A stretch of 64,000 nt of DNA from assembly GCA_965153455.1 (NCBI GenBank), contig OZ234494.1, forward strand, positions 3,720,001-3,784,000, in the 5' to 3' direction. The position numbers were made by a program, and so were the translations under genes. The notes below the pieces were generated by a model that was not told the DNA's origin, did not search any database, and worked only from the letters and a program-made list of their open reading frames with translations. Below are positions 27,406 through 40,200 of the stretch, one piece after another (positions within the stretch are counted from its first letter, which is position 1; the number at the start of each line of letters is the position of its first letter). This DNA is from Sphagnum compactum. Its lineage: Eukaryota.

Positions 27406-28786
27406 TCACCTTGGTGCGAAGAAGATGGTATTCCAATTTGGAGTTTGATCCCAGTCCCTTTGACTCCATTATTAGTCCATACCTGCACAAAATTTGAAAT
27501 TTTAGAACCACCACCCATCATGGTTCTTTCATATGCAAGTAATCAAAGAATTGGATGTGACGAGGTATTCCTTGAAATTTTAAAGAATCGCCCAAACTTG
27601 TATTTTCACCTCCCAGAGAGTGCAGATGGAGGGAGTCCATGTCTATTATTCGGTTAGCTATAGGGTCGAAGGCCACATACATGTACACAAGTTAGCTTGT
27701 CCTTGGCCATGGCCTCTGAGCAGCACAGAGCCTTGGACCACTTTTTTCGTGGCTGAGTGGGCCTTTTCTTGTGTATACATTCAAGCCACCAACATGACCA
27801 TAGCCCTCAACAACACCCTATTATTTCTGCTGCAATCTCTATTCAGACTACACAAAAATGGGTTGTGAAAACTCATTACAATTATGTTATTTGTTTGTCC
27901 ATTTGTTGCAAGTCCAGAAGACGAATCAATCATAGTCAATTGAACATGCATGATTTAGTTCCTCTTCATGCTCCAGGAATCACACTTGCTTCGTTGTGCA
28001 AATGGACTCATTGTTCCCAAGTGCAAAGCATGAAAGGTTTTTTAGATTCAAATAACAGAAGGTCTGCATCTGATCAGCGGAAGGCTCTTTCAACTGAGGA
28101 AAGAATCTCTCCCATGCAAGGAGGTGCATTCCAATAGAATGCCAAAAACCTTGGACTGCTTTAGGGATGAGGGTGAACAGTGAATACCACTGGAGTTGAA
28201 TTGGATAGGATGGATATATTCTGGTTCTGTTTGGTAGTTGGATTGAGGCTGCTGGTTACAGGACATAGCCGAGGTGCTGCTAACCAGCAGCCTCTCACCA
28301 GTTACCTAGTCCATAACCATAGGAATGGGATTGTTTCCGGCATGGGGTATAGGATGTAGGGCACGGAGGAAGACCCAGTAAATAAAAAATAAGGGTTTAG
28401 GGTATAAAATGGTTAAGGGTTCAGACTTTAAATTAGGTGTTTGGCTGCAGGCAGAATACCTACCTGAGAAGGCTCAAAACCAAAAAGAGATTTTTCATGT
28501 CAATTCAGTTTTTGCAGAGATGGTTTTGCAGTGGTTTGGTACCAGGCCACCGCCCATACAATGTACTCCATAGATCTTCAAAGAAAATGACTCAATCTTG
28601 TGAGGACATCCAATGAATCTTGAAGAGAAATTACTCAATCTTCAGAGGACATTCAGATGTTGCATTCTTGATTCTTGAAGTCACTTCAGATTCTGAACAT
28701 CGTTGCAGGTACTAGAGAAGGGACCAAGATTCCCAATGTATATGATTTCATCATCTAAATCTAAACATAATTTCAAATTCAGTACA

Positions 28787-29170
28787 TCTATCAGCGAAGG
28801 AAGGTAGACTTTTGTTTGTTCTGTTTGTTTGTTGTGTGGTCTCTCCCAAACTGCCCAGTGCCTCTTGCTGCACTCTTGGAACTGTTGGAAAGCCCTCATC
28901 AATGAGGAGGGGGTGCACCAAGTTAGTTTCATAATGTTGAATAATTTTATACAGAAATTTGGGTGCACTTTTTATATTGTTAGAATACCCAGTGAGTAGG
29001 ATTTAATGAAGGTGATTTGGAATTTTTTAGAATTCAGGTGTGAGGAATATTGAATTTTGAGTATTTTTGTCATTTAAAATTCAATTAAATTAATAAAAAA
29101 TAGTTTTGGAGGGAAATTTTACTTCGGTAACAAGTTCACACTTGGGTCCAGTAGCACAGGCCAGAATTGG
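28787..29170 (+). mobile_element. Non-autonomous Helitron-like repeat
   Basis: Begins A|TC (tacA|TCtatcagcgaaggaagg) and ends in a GC-rich degenerate hairpin (tgggtccagtagcacaggcca). The terminal CTAG is not intact. Resembles a moss repeat I recall. Confidence 0.4.
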
Positions 29171-30638
29171 CTTCATAAAATCCAGGTGATGTCTCATGCG
29201 ATCATCCTTTAAGGGAAGAGTTGAGGTTTCTTCAGTCCAATGCACGGAGACCACTATATCATTTATTCATCAGCCTCACCGGTGAACAAAGTTGTAAAAC
29301 TTTGGGGAAAAAATTGCACAATGGATGAAAATATGAGTAAATTGCTCTCAGAAACAAATAAAGAATCTATCCCCATGCTAATGAAAACTATGTGGGCTAA
29401 TGGAGTATTCTCGAAAGCAAAGGGTATGGTAAAAGGTATGACCATTTTGGATTTCCATGCGGGCTCACAAGCACCTTACAGCAATTCACAATTATTGGCC
29501 AGGGGCTTGACCATTACGTAGTATGTAAAACACTTCTTCACATTTGAGTATCGCAAAGTGTCCTACATACATAGTATGTAAAACACTTCTTCAAATTTGA
29601 GTATGAAGTCAATTCCTTGCCTGATCCTATGCCACTGCCGTCATCAGTTGAGGCGCATGCTAATTGTAGATTGACAAGTTTAGGTAGCTGCAACTAATCC
29701 CAGTAAGAAGGCGCGCCAAATATATATAGCGGAGAAGCTGGAGATCCAAGGACGAACCCGGAGCCCTACCCCAATTAGACTTGCTTCAATGCTGCATTTA
29801 TGAACCCAATCATAACCCCATCATCAATTAAGTAGCCACAGAAAGACATTCCCGTAGTTAATGCTTTTGCACTCATCGCAATTTTTTTTGGGTCAAATTT
29901 AGACCCACCCCACAAATACGATTTCAACATATACAAAGGACTTTTCATGAAAAAAATGACCCCAATTCATCACACTTGGAGAAACAAATATTTCAAATCG
30001 CCAGATTTTAATGATAAGTTCCAGTAGTTAGCCAAGAATATTGAAAGATTGTTTTGTTTTGTATTGTCGTATCTGGTTTATGGCTGAATTTGGCTGATTT
30101 TTTTATGGCTGATTACCACTTTAGCTACATCACAAAATTGGGCCCAAAAAAAACACACACACACTCTACTCCACTAATTGACACTGGGTTACATTAGTGT
30201 TTCTTTTTCCATATTTTAGTGTTCCATCATAATGGATCCCCCTAGTGTCTAGAATCCCAAAAATCCCAAACTTGGTTGCTTTAAAAACAAATGCTACCAA
30301 ACCAAAATGTGAGTTGAAATGTGGGTCAACAAGTTCTGAAAAAAACAATTCCCAAAAAATATGGATATATATATATGAATATCATAATGGGTGCGAAATT
30401 TTGCTCCCAAAAAAAGAAAAGAAAAGAAAAGCTAGGCTACATATTAATTCACTCTAGGTGCTAAATCTGTCGGAACGCGTTGGGCCCCAGTCACAACAAG
30501 CTTTGACATTTAGGGCTTTAATGCTATGAGCTTTTGGTGGCTTAAAAAGTTTGTCAGGATCGTGGGCTTTTCGTGGCTGCCGTGAATAGCTCGTCTGCAG
30601 GCCATACTTTTTGGCTCCTCCTCCGCCCCCATTTAATA

Positions 30639-30639
<1 letters not shown>

Positions 30640-30677
<38 letters not shown>

Positions 30678-30690
30678 CTCTCTCTCTCAC
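30640..30690. repeat. (CA)n(CT)n microsatellite
   Basis: Direct read. Confidence 0.95.
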
Positions 30691-32350
30691 TCCCTTTCAT
30701 ACAAAATTCAAAACGCCAAATTTGCACCCACCAAATGGGTGGTATATGAATTTATGTCATTGATTAGGTACCTTGCCCTAAGGTCAGTTTCGTCATGAAA
30801 TTTTGTGAAAATATGAAGTTGAAATGTTGAAAATCATCCTAATTATCATAGGCTACACTCTTATGATAATTTCACTACTTATGATAAACTTTGAAATTTG
30901 GTAAATCTGTAACTTAGTCATAAATCAAAGTATTATATCTTTTAATCATATTTTAAATATCTTGCTTACTTTATAAGTAGTTTCAAGATTTTTGGTGGGC
31001 CTAATTTAGTTATTACTTTTATAAAACTTACATCCAGAGTAATAAAAAAATACCTTAATTTGAACTCATAGCTCTTTCAGAGGCATGTAAGTAACCCCTT
31101 CGTGGCTTGAATATTAAAGATCTATCATAGCTTGTGCCTATTGTTTTCTCACAACTTAATGTCTTTGAACCCTTAATACTATGTTCTTGGAGTCCCCTAC
31201 ATGGTTGCATCCTACCCAGTCTCGTCAATTGTGATAAGCACTAGTGTTGATCCCCAATCATGTCAAAGATCACATGTTTAACAAGTTTAGGGTTTTAGAA
31301 TTGATAGTTTACCTGAACAAATTTTTAATCATCCTACTAGGTTAACAACCTATCATTGCTAGGTAGGTTAGTAATAGTTGGGTTGATAATTGAGTGTTTT
31401 CTCAATAACTTATCAACGCATGTTAAAACCAGTGTGGTCTGGTTCTTACTTTTCAAGAGAACCTCTGGTCTCAGTTCTAACCCTTTTTTTTAAAAAGTTG
31501 AAGGAACCCTTGGTTGTGGTTCAAGGAATTTTCTGTTGTATACGAAAACCTCTCATCTGGTTGTAGACCGAGTTCTTACAATTTCAAGATTTTTTTAAAA
31601 AAATCGTAGGCTGATCTGGTTTCAAACTGTACTCGGTTCTACCTCCGCACACACAATTGAAAATTAATTTTTAAAACAATAAATACCAGTCCACAACTGT
31701 TAAAAAGTGACAACCTATGTCAACTACATGCTTAAACAAAAGAAAAGAGAAAAAAGTTGTATATTGGAGCCATGTTCCAAATATAACAATTACATTCCTA
31801 ATGCCACTCTCACTCTCTAATCCCACCCACGAATTAATTATAAAAAAATGTATACCACAATTGTTTCTCACACTAACAGCATTTCTAACCCAAGCTGGGT
31901 GGGGAAAAAAAAACTTTAAAAAATATTTTAATGTTAAATTTTTTTTTAAAGATGAAGAATTGGACCTTGGACAAAACTAGCTTAGGGCCAGTTTTGGTTT
32001 CAGGTCCAGTTCTACTAGCTGGAGGCTGGTTCCTGATGAGGTTAACCAGAAGCTAACTCCGCATTCCAGTCTGAGTTACTCAGAACTGGACTGGAACTTG
32101 GTCTGAATTTCAGAACCAAAAAAGAAACCAGAATCTTACTTCCTTGAAGAACCAGATCCCCAACATTTAACTGTGGAACTAGAACCGTATGTGGAACTAG
32201 GAATCCAGATTCCGGGTTTCATTTATGTGCGAAACTGGAACCAAAACCGTTCTAGTTTAGTTTTTGGGACTGGGAACTGGAGCATATTAACATTTGAACA
32301 TGTCAACATGTTACATGTATGCACCTTAAATCCTTCACACCATTTTTCAT

Positions 32351-32636
32351 GGAAAATTTGAAATTCACACCTTTTTTGGTTAAATTCACACCCTTTCTTC
32401 GCGTGTCCGATTATATGCAGATTAAATTTGAGTGTGTCTGCCCCACCCCCCTGTAAACAGTTAGGGTTTGTGGTCTGTGGTCTATGGTCTGTGGTCTGTG
32501 GTCAATCAGGGCACAACTCGAGAACTTGTCCGCAGAAGTAATTGAACTGATAAAGGAACATACTCTTAAAGTGCATAAAATTGGACGCGCAAAGGGTGTG
32601 AATTTAACCAAAAAAGGTGTGAATTAAAAATTTTCC
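32351..32636. mobile_element. Mutator-like MITE with long TIRs and a perfect 8-bp TSD
   Basis: TIR ggaaaattt..aattcacaccttttttggttaaattcacaccctt mirrored at the right end (~70 bp); TSD tttttcat at 32343-32350 and 32637-32644; interior (tgtggtc)n repeat. Confidence 0.85.
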
Positions 32637-33369
32637 TTTTTCATTTCTTTTGTTCAATACTTGAAAGTAATGAACCGCCCCAAAACTGTGACCAGTGATG
32701 GTCTGGTATCCAATTTTGACCATACAAGCCTAATACTGGTATCAGGGGTTCTTTCTTCTCTTTTACATACCAGGCAGGTACTGGTATTAGGTACTAGGTA
32801 TCTTTTCCTTATTAGCCTAGTGGCCTGGAAAGAAGAAGAAGAAGAAGTAGAAGAAGAATTCCCCGGCACAACTTCCTTTTACCCTCCAGGCTTTTGCAAA
32901 ATGGTTATCTTCAAGCTGACCCAACGGAACGGGATCATGGCAAGCAGACAAGAGATTGACCCGTGAAATCTGGCAGCAAAAAGACAACAGAATAAATGAA
33001 GCACAAACAGCAGAAGCAGCATGCAGCCATTAGGGTGATGATGATGAGGTTGTAGCAGCTAGTGCTGTCCGGGATACAATAAGAGATTAGATTTTGGCAG
33101 CGTGATTTATTGCCCAGAAACAGGAGACCCTTAATTTGAGTCCAGTGACTTCATATAATAAATTTAGGTCGAGCTCTATCTATCTATCCATCTGTCTATC
33201 TAATATCGAGTTCTAACTGTGGATGCTGGTGTGTTTAACTTACAAGGAGAAGGATTTGTAAGATCATCAAGCTGGCACAACAGCAGCCGGGGAATTGGAA
33301 CTTGGGTGTAGCAGCTCTGGACTAGACAGTGTTTGGGTAGGCTGCATTTTTAACATAGCTTTTGGGAAA

Positions 33370-33386
33370 AGAGAGAGAGAGAGAGA

Positions 33387-33421
<35 letters not shown>

Positions 33422-33453
33422 TGAGTCTGTGTCTGTGTGTGTGTCTCTCTGTG
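33370..33453 (+). promoter_or_regulatory. (GA)n/(GT)n compound microsatellite immediately upstream of the ERF start codon (GAGA-element-like)
   Basis: Direct read; ends ~25 bp before ATG 33479. Regulatory role is inferred. Confidence 0.5.
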
Positions 33454-33478
33454 TTTTTTTATAGCTCCTTTCAAGGGT

Positions 33479-34825
33479 ATGGGACGGACTCAGAGATACA
33501 GGGGAGTGCGCCAGAGGCACTGGGGCTCTTGGGTGTCGGAGATTCGTCATCCGCTCTTGTACATTTCTTAATCCACATGTCTCCAGCTTCCCGTTTGATC
33601 TCTAGTTAGCTACCCAGCTGCTCTTAGATCCGACAATTTGTCTTCTCGTATGTTTCTATAGCTTAGTACTGTCTAACAGATTTCCAAGTAATGCTGCAAT
33701 TGTTTGAGTCTTTGTGTAGCAGCTCTTATAAGCCTTAATTAGATAGATATATGGTTCTCAAGAGTCTAGTTTTTTGCATATTTTCGTACATCTCCGATGT
33801 GAATTTGATATGCAACGATGACAGGCACATTCAACAGTGATGGATTTTGAGAAATCACATCGTCTAATAGCATGCATGCGCTAGTAGTACTCACTAGAGA
33901 CATGAGGAGCTAGCACAGCTCCAGGATCGATGCTACCAACTCTCTCTATATAGGACATTATTCTGCCCATACAGAGAATTACTCATGATAGTATTGTGGG
34001 ACGAATGTCACATGAAAATTCGAAGTTTTCAATCAAGAAAAGCTTTGTCAGTGATCTGGACTCTTCTCCTAACACGCGATTCTCTATTGCTACTCGTGGG
34101 TGTTTGATTTTTGCAGAAAGACTAGAGTGTGGTTAGGCACCTTTGAAACTGCGGAGGATGCGGCACACGCCTACGATGAAGCGGCTCGCCTCATGTGTGG
34201 GGTCCGAGCTCGCACCAATTTCCCGTTGGATCCAAATGCTCCACTGCAGCAAATGAGTGCTAATAAGTCCCGGAAGATGCTTTCCGCAACGCTGAGTGCA
34301 AAACTCCATCGCTGGTATAATTTGGCAGCGACTCAAGCTGATCAAAACATGAATATTAAGCAGCTGCAACAACAGGAGCTCAAGAAGAATAATAATGACA
34401 GGAGATTAACGCAGCAGGAGCAGTCTCTCACGTGCTTATGCCTGGACGCCGAGCAATCTAAGCTTGGGATATGGCAGCAACTCACAGGAGGCTGCAGGCA
34501 GGCTGAGGCCAACTGGTTGAGCCGGAAGGTCGACTTTGGAAGCAGCTGCAACCCCCCAGACTTACTAAAGCCGCCTGAGTTACCATCGACAACCGATGAT
34601 CAAACTAGTCGCAACATGAGCGAGGAGGACAAATTCGCTTCGGAGATGATAGAGGAGCTTCTAGGCTACAACAACTCTAGTTATCAGTTTGTCGACCTTG
34701 CATCTCCCTCAGTGTCTGATTCCAGCTGCTGCAGCAGCACGTCGTGGACTACTGTCTCACAACATTCTCTTGAGGTAAAATTATCTTCAACCCACGGCTC
34801 TTGTTGTGTCGATCTAGCTAGCTAA
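33479..34825 (+). CDS. AP2/ERF transcription factor, group V (SHINE/WIN1-ESE3 clade), 262 aa, 2 exons
   Basis: Exon 1 33479-33558 [26 protein letters not shown](L) is absent from the ORF track. Intron 33559-34116 is GT..TGCAG, phase 2, at the conserved group V position. Exon 2 34117-34825 encodes [36 protein letters not shown], the middle motif [29 protein letters not shown] and the C-terminal motif [14 protein letters not shown]. Confidence 0.95.
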
Positions 34826-35515
34826 TTGTCATCAATCTTTTCCTATCAAAGTTCGAGCTTTTGTGCAAAGGGAGTGCAAACTCGATTCCACCCAAATAAT
34901 ACACTAGCTGATGCAAAGCGTGTAGAGAGCTTGAGGTTTGACATTACCTGCTTATCCTTGTCACAGATTTCTTCCGTCCCCAGTCGATGAGCAGGTTAGA
35001 ATCTAGCCGGAGAGAAATGGCGCAGACGCAGGGCAACTACAGCCCTCCCGGGTCGATCCTCCGGAACACATGAGAGTCTTAATTAAGGAAATTTTTGCGA
35101 GTGCCTCCAGTCTGAGTTTCCACTTCAATCTTGACATGATGTGGAGCCTGATTTCACCTTCCTCAGTCCGGATCATTAGAGAGGGAGAGTGAGAGAGAGT
35201 AAAGCGAAATTGGGAGCTTGATCAGGAGTTTCCAGTGCAGGATTTCTTGATGTCGAGCCTGATTGCCATGAGAGATGTTTGAAGATTTATAGTTAAATCA
35301 GCCAGCCTCTGCAGCAGCTGGTGAGTACTGGAGCAAGTAGACAACTGTAGTTGCAGACTTTAGATACCCAACAAAAGACCAGTGTGCTCCACCCAAATGT
35401 ACTAATTCTATAGAGAACTTTTACTGCAATTGTAACAAATTGTTTCCACAGAAATCTAGTGTATCAGGATTGAACCTGATGTAATGGGTGTGTACCTAAT
35501 GAGCTTGTCTAGAAG

Positions 35516-35814
35516 CAGTGTTTTTTTTGGGGCAGAAATCACCAAATTTTTTGTTGACATGAAAAATGTGATTTTGACCTATATAAAGGGTATTATTTCA
35601 TGGAAAAAAATGGCCCAAATTCGCCAGATGTAGAAGAAAAAAAATCCAAATTGCCACATTTTGATGATAAGTAAATTCCAGTAGGTAGCCAAGGATATAG
35701 AAGGATTCTGTTTTTATTTTCCTTTCACATCTAGTATGTAACCAAATCTGGTTAAATCATCTTATGGTGACAGCCACTTCAGCTATATCACAAAATTGAC
35801 AGGAAAAAACCCTG
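35516..35814 (-). mobile_element. hAT-type MITE
   Basis: Ends cagtgtttttt..aaaaaaccctg; TSD tctagaag (35508-35515) vs tctagatg (35815-35822), 7/8 match. Confidence 0.75.
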
Positions 35815-35927
35815 TCTAGATGTGAAGCAGATCCTCCTGCGAGTGAGATCTTCATCTCATCATGCAAAGAAGAAGAAACTAGGCCAAGCATGATGCTACT
35901 GTTTGCAAGCAAGATTTACAGCACTAG

Positions 35928-37161
35928 TGTAACCAAAAAGAAAGGGGACGGTTAAAAGAACAAAGTCTGATGCGTATGAAACTTCTAAACAGAGTCAGAA
36001 ACACTGGAATTCTACAATTAATTCCATCACTTGCATTGTAACCCACTGTCAGTCAGAAATTCTGCTGGATTCTACTGATTTTAACAGAACCAAGTTCTGT
36101 ATATGTAGATTGTCAATCTGTTACGGTCGTGCGAGTCTCCTCACACTAGCCATAGTGGCCATATACAACCGACTGCTAAGTACTAATCCATATCACTAAA
36201 AATCTAGAGCCTATTGAGGTATGACTTGAGGTTAGAACTCTCAAGGTTCTTTCAGTCCATATGAGCTGCTAACCCTTTTTCCCACTAATGCAACAATGCC
36301 TCGTATCATCAAATCCCTCATACCCTTTTTCCCACTAATGCAACAATGCCTCGTATCATCAAATCCCTCATCTGATAAACCCTAAATCTTGTAGATATTT
36401 GGATTTGCATGTTTTGATCTTGGCATGAGCAATATTTACCATGCTCACTTAGAACCACTCAAGAAGACAAATTCTTGTGCAAGAATGGGCTACAAATTAT
36501 ATCTCTCAAAGTTCCCCCACTCCTATCTTCATTCATCTCTTTTTGCCCAACCCAAGGACACCCCTTTGAGGCTTCTAGTATTCACTCTGACAACTATCTA
36601 CAACATGGATTCAAGGTGATGCAACAAAAGGTCCCCTTCCCAAATGCATCTTATATTTCTATATGCCCTTATTTCTATCAGCTCAGACTTCTTTTGTTTT
36701 CATCATTCCTTAGCATCAACCTTTCATATTATCTATCCTTCCAAAAACAACTTGTTTATTCTGCTAAATCACTGGCGCAGCGGAATTCAGCAACTAGTAG
36801 CCTAGTAGTCCATCCTCCTATCTCTCCAAAAACTGATAATAAGAAGAAAAACTCATACCAGGAAAACCTGCCTACCTCGTTCCTCCATTCTGCCTCTTAT
36901 CTTACCTTCCACCGTCAATTACGCAAACCTCTTTTCAATGTTGCAATCCCTCTACCATCCATAATTCGGTGCAAATCTTGTTCTCCATAACACACAAACA
37001 AACAAGGTTTCCTACCCATGCGTTCCTTGCAGCAACGACAAAATAATTCCCGCCATTAGCACGCAGAAAGTTGACAGCCATTGAAAGCAATCAAACAAAA
37101 AAACAAAACCCTAAAAACCCGTTGTGTTCACATTATCACAGCGACTTTCTGTCTGGTCACA
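35928..37161 (-). repeat. 3' LTR of the Gypsy element (inferred full length ~1.23 kb)
   Basis: Bounded by TGTAACC (35928) and GGTCACA (37155-37161). A PPT-like AAAAAACGTAGGGG lies just upstream on the minus strand, ~50 bp after the pol stop. Only 35932-36549 is confirmed by the second LTR copy. Contains a 50-bp tandem duplication at 36272-36371. Confidence 0.65.
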
Positions 37162-37213
37162 TATGTAACCCCTACGTTTTTTAAAAAGTTGAGTCCTTCA
37201 GCTTCATCAATCC

Positions 37214-40200
37214 TATAAAACATGATAGACTTGCAGATCCCTGCGTGATCTTTCCCGCTAATGTCCATCAACATCTTTAATGATGCATACTCTACTGCCT
37301 TCTTCAAAATCAAAGTTCCCATTCCCATTTGCATGTCCAATGAATTGGTATGGACCTTCCCAACTCAAAAGTTAAAGCTTTCTTTTTCCCTAGTTTTTTC
37401 ATTTTGACCATTGTCTGTCCAGCAACCAAACCTTCAAAGGTTTGCTTACCTTTTCTGGTAGCATAAGTCAACTTTTGCTTCTTTTTGTGCTTGCTTTACA
37501 TTGAGCATAACATTTTCATGGATGTTTGCTATCAGCTTCATTTTTTTAGAAATTGTGTTACAATAGTTTCAACATCAACATTGTCATCAATCATAGCAAT
37601 CAGAAAATGCACGTAATTATCAGCCCTGAAACACATAACATCAAATTCTGCTACCCATTCCCCTCCATTATCAGTCAGCTTAAACTTGGGAACTCCGTAT
37701 TTACATATCACATCATCCTCCAAGAATTTCACTGCTGTTTTAGCACCATGATCGGCCACAGCCTTGGCCTCGCACCACTTTGAGTAATAATCAATAGCGA
37801 CCAGAATGTATTTATTTCTTGATTTGGTTTCAGGTAATGGCCCCGCAATATCCAGAGCAACCCTATAGAATAGTTCACAAATAGGTATGCTTTTCAATTC
37901 TTCATCTTCGGAGCACATGCTACCCACTCTTCTCACCATTTGGCACTGTTGGCACATTCTCACAACTGTCTTGACATGCTCTGTCCTGCTATGCTAAAAG
38001 TATTTTCGACAAATTTCAACCAAAGTCCTTTGTTTTCCAAAATGCCCCAAATCTTCATGCATTTGGATTATAAGTGCAATTCTTTCCTCTAGTTTCATCA
38101 CAAATAACCCTTTGAAGTAGAACCTTTGTTCTTGCCAACGATAATTTATTATTTTCTTTCTTGTTCTCTTATTTTCCTCAAGATCCATTGTGTCTCGCAA
38201 TATGCCTTCACTCAACAACCCCATGCAAGTTGTGTCCTTCCAGATGTCAATGTTCTTTGTGTCCATCCAAGATGTTTCCTCTTCATTAGAATCTATATGA
38301 CCTAACTCGTGGTCACCAAACTCAGATAATTCTTGAGCAGCCAATACCAGTTCCAGTTGCTACTGTTTATCATAGTATTTATGTATCTTCCTCTTTAGTG
38401 CTTGTTTACCATCAGTGGTTCTCAAAATCTCATTTTTTTCATTGCTTACTGTTCCCATATCCTCCATAAGTGAATCAATCTCTTCATGTTCCGTTACAAC
38501 ATCAAGCATATAGAGTTGGTGATCCTTTGAACAATGCTAGTGGTTAATGCCAAAACATCATCTATGCTGGTGTGTCAGTTTTCTTGCCTGTCTCTTGAAA
38601 CCAAACCACTCTAAATCCTCACTAGTTTGAATAGAGAATATATTTTCTTCTGTTTTAGGCGTGTCAGCTTGTACAGTTCTAATATCCTTGATCTCTTCAC
38701 TAAAGTCGTCGTCATCCACGGCTTAACCCATTGGATTTCTATTCAAAACATCAACATTTGTATGCTTCAGTCCTGGTCGATGCAATATCTTAAAACTGAA
38801 ATCCTGCAGCATATCAATCCACTTACCTCTCCTGCCATGCGCATCTGACACTGTCGCCAACCATTCAAATGGCTTGTGATCTATTCTTAGAATGAAATGG
38901 TTCCTATGCAGATATTGTCTGAAATGCATAATGCCCCATATCAGTGTGTAACATTCCCTTTCCATGGGGTGGAATTTCCTTTGTGCCACTGTTAAATTTT
39001 TACTACCATAAACCGCCACCTTCTCAAGTTTGCCTTTCTGAAACAAGATGGCACCGACACCTTTTGGTGACCAGTCAACATCAAGACAGAATGGTTTCTT
39101 GAAATCAGGTCGTATAAGCATAGGCACACCTACAAGTGCTCTTTTTAGAGCCTCAAATGCTTGTTGACAACCCAAATTCCACACAAAATCAACATCTCTT
39201 TTTGTCAATTCAAACAACAAAGTAGTTAGCCGTGAATAACCCCGAACATAATTCCAGTAATACCCAATTAGGCCTAGGAAAGACCTGATGTTGGTAACCG
39301 TCTTTCGTTCTGGGAAATGCAAAACTACATTAATTTTACCAGGTTTGGTGCCTTCATTACTAACCACATGGCCTAGAAATGTGATATTATTTTAAGCAAA
39401 ATAACACTTATTCAGGTTCAATTTTAGGTTCACTTCTCTGAGCTTAAAAAACATAGCATCCAAGTGTTGAAGATGTTCCTCCCAATTTTCGTTGTGTACA
39501 TTGAGATCATCAACAAATATCTTCAGGAATTTATTTCCTAACTCCTTAAAAATTGTTGACATTGTCCTGGTGAAAGTGCTAATTGCATTTTTGAGACCAA
39601 ATGGCATGACTGTCCAGTCATACAGCCTAGTCTTAGTGATTAATGTTGTCTTTTTCATATCTTCAATAGCCATCCGAATTTGCCAAAAACCAAACTGCAA
39701 ATCCATGCACTAAACAGGATGATTTTCCCAGCTGGGAAATCACATCGTCAACAAGGGGCATTGGAAATGAATCCTGGCGGGTCTGCATATTGAGTGGTCG
39801 ATAATCTCCACAGAAATGCCTACTCCCATCCTTTTTTATTGGCAAGGTAACATGACATGCATACTCAAAGTTGTTGCGCTTCATTTTGCTGAAATCTACT
39901 AAAACATCCATTTGTCTTTTCACCTCTACCTCTTCCCAGTATGATAATCGACCAAGAGACACCTTGCAAGGTGGGAACCCTTGTGTGTCCACAGAATGTT
40001 CTCCAATGGTGCAACAACCTAATTCCCTTTTGTTCCAAATGAACACATCTTGGTAACATTCCAAGACCTTCCAGAGTTGTTATCTTTTCTCCTCATCCAA
40101 GTTAGGATCGACTCGGATCTTCTAGCAAATCTCCTACCACCTTGTGCTTATCTCATCATTGTTAGATAATGTCAATTGCTCATTATATTTGTTGTGAGAA

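Noticed and set aside
29519..29604. 33-bp direct repeat at 53-bp spacing (similar cases at ~8680-8730 and ~28590-28660)
   Set aside because: Ordinary two-copy local duplications with no further structure.
33295..33609. ORF-track entries over the GA/GT microsatellite
   Set aside because: Translated microsatellite; the real exon (33479-33558) is in another frame.
35928..36494. Short LTR ending at GGGCTACA
   Set aside because: Homology between the two copies continues ~55 bp past this point and no TSD appears; the 37161 boundary fits the pol stop and PPT better.
36475..36990. 171-aa ORF as an extra retrotransposon gene
   Set aside because: It is antisense to gag-pol, lies in the inferred 3' LTR and has no recognisable motif.
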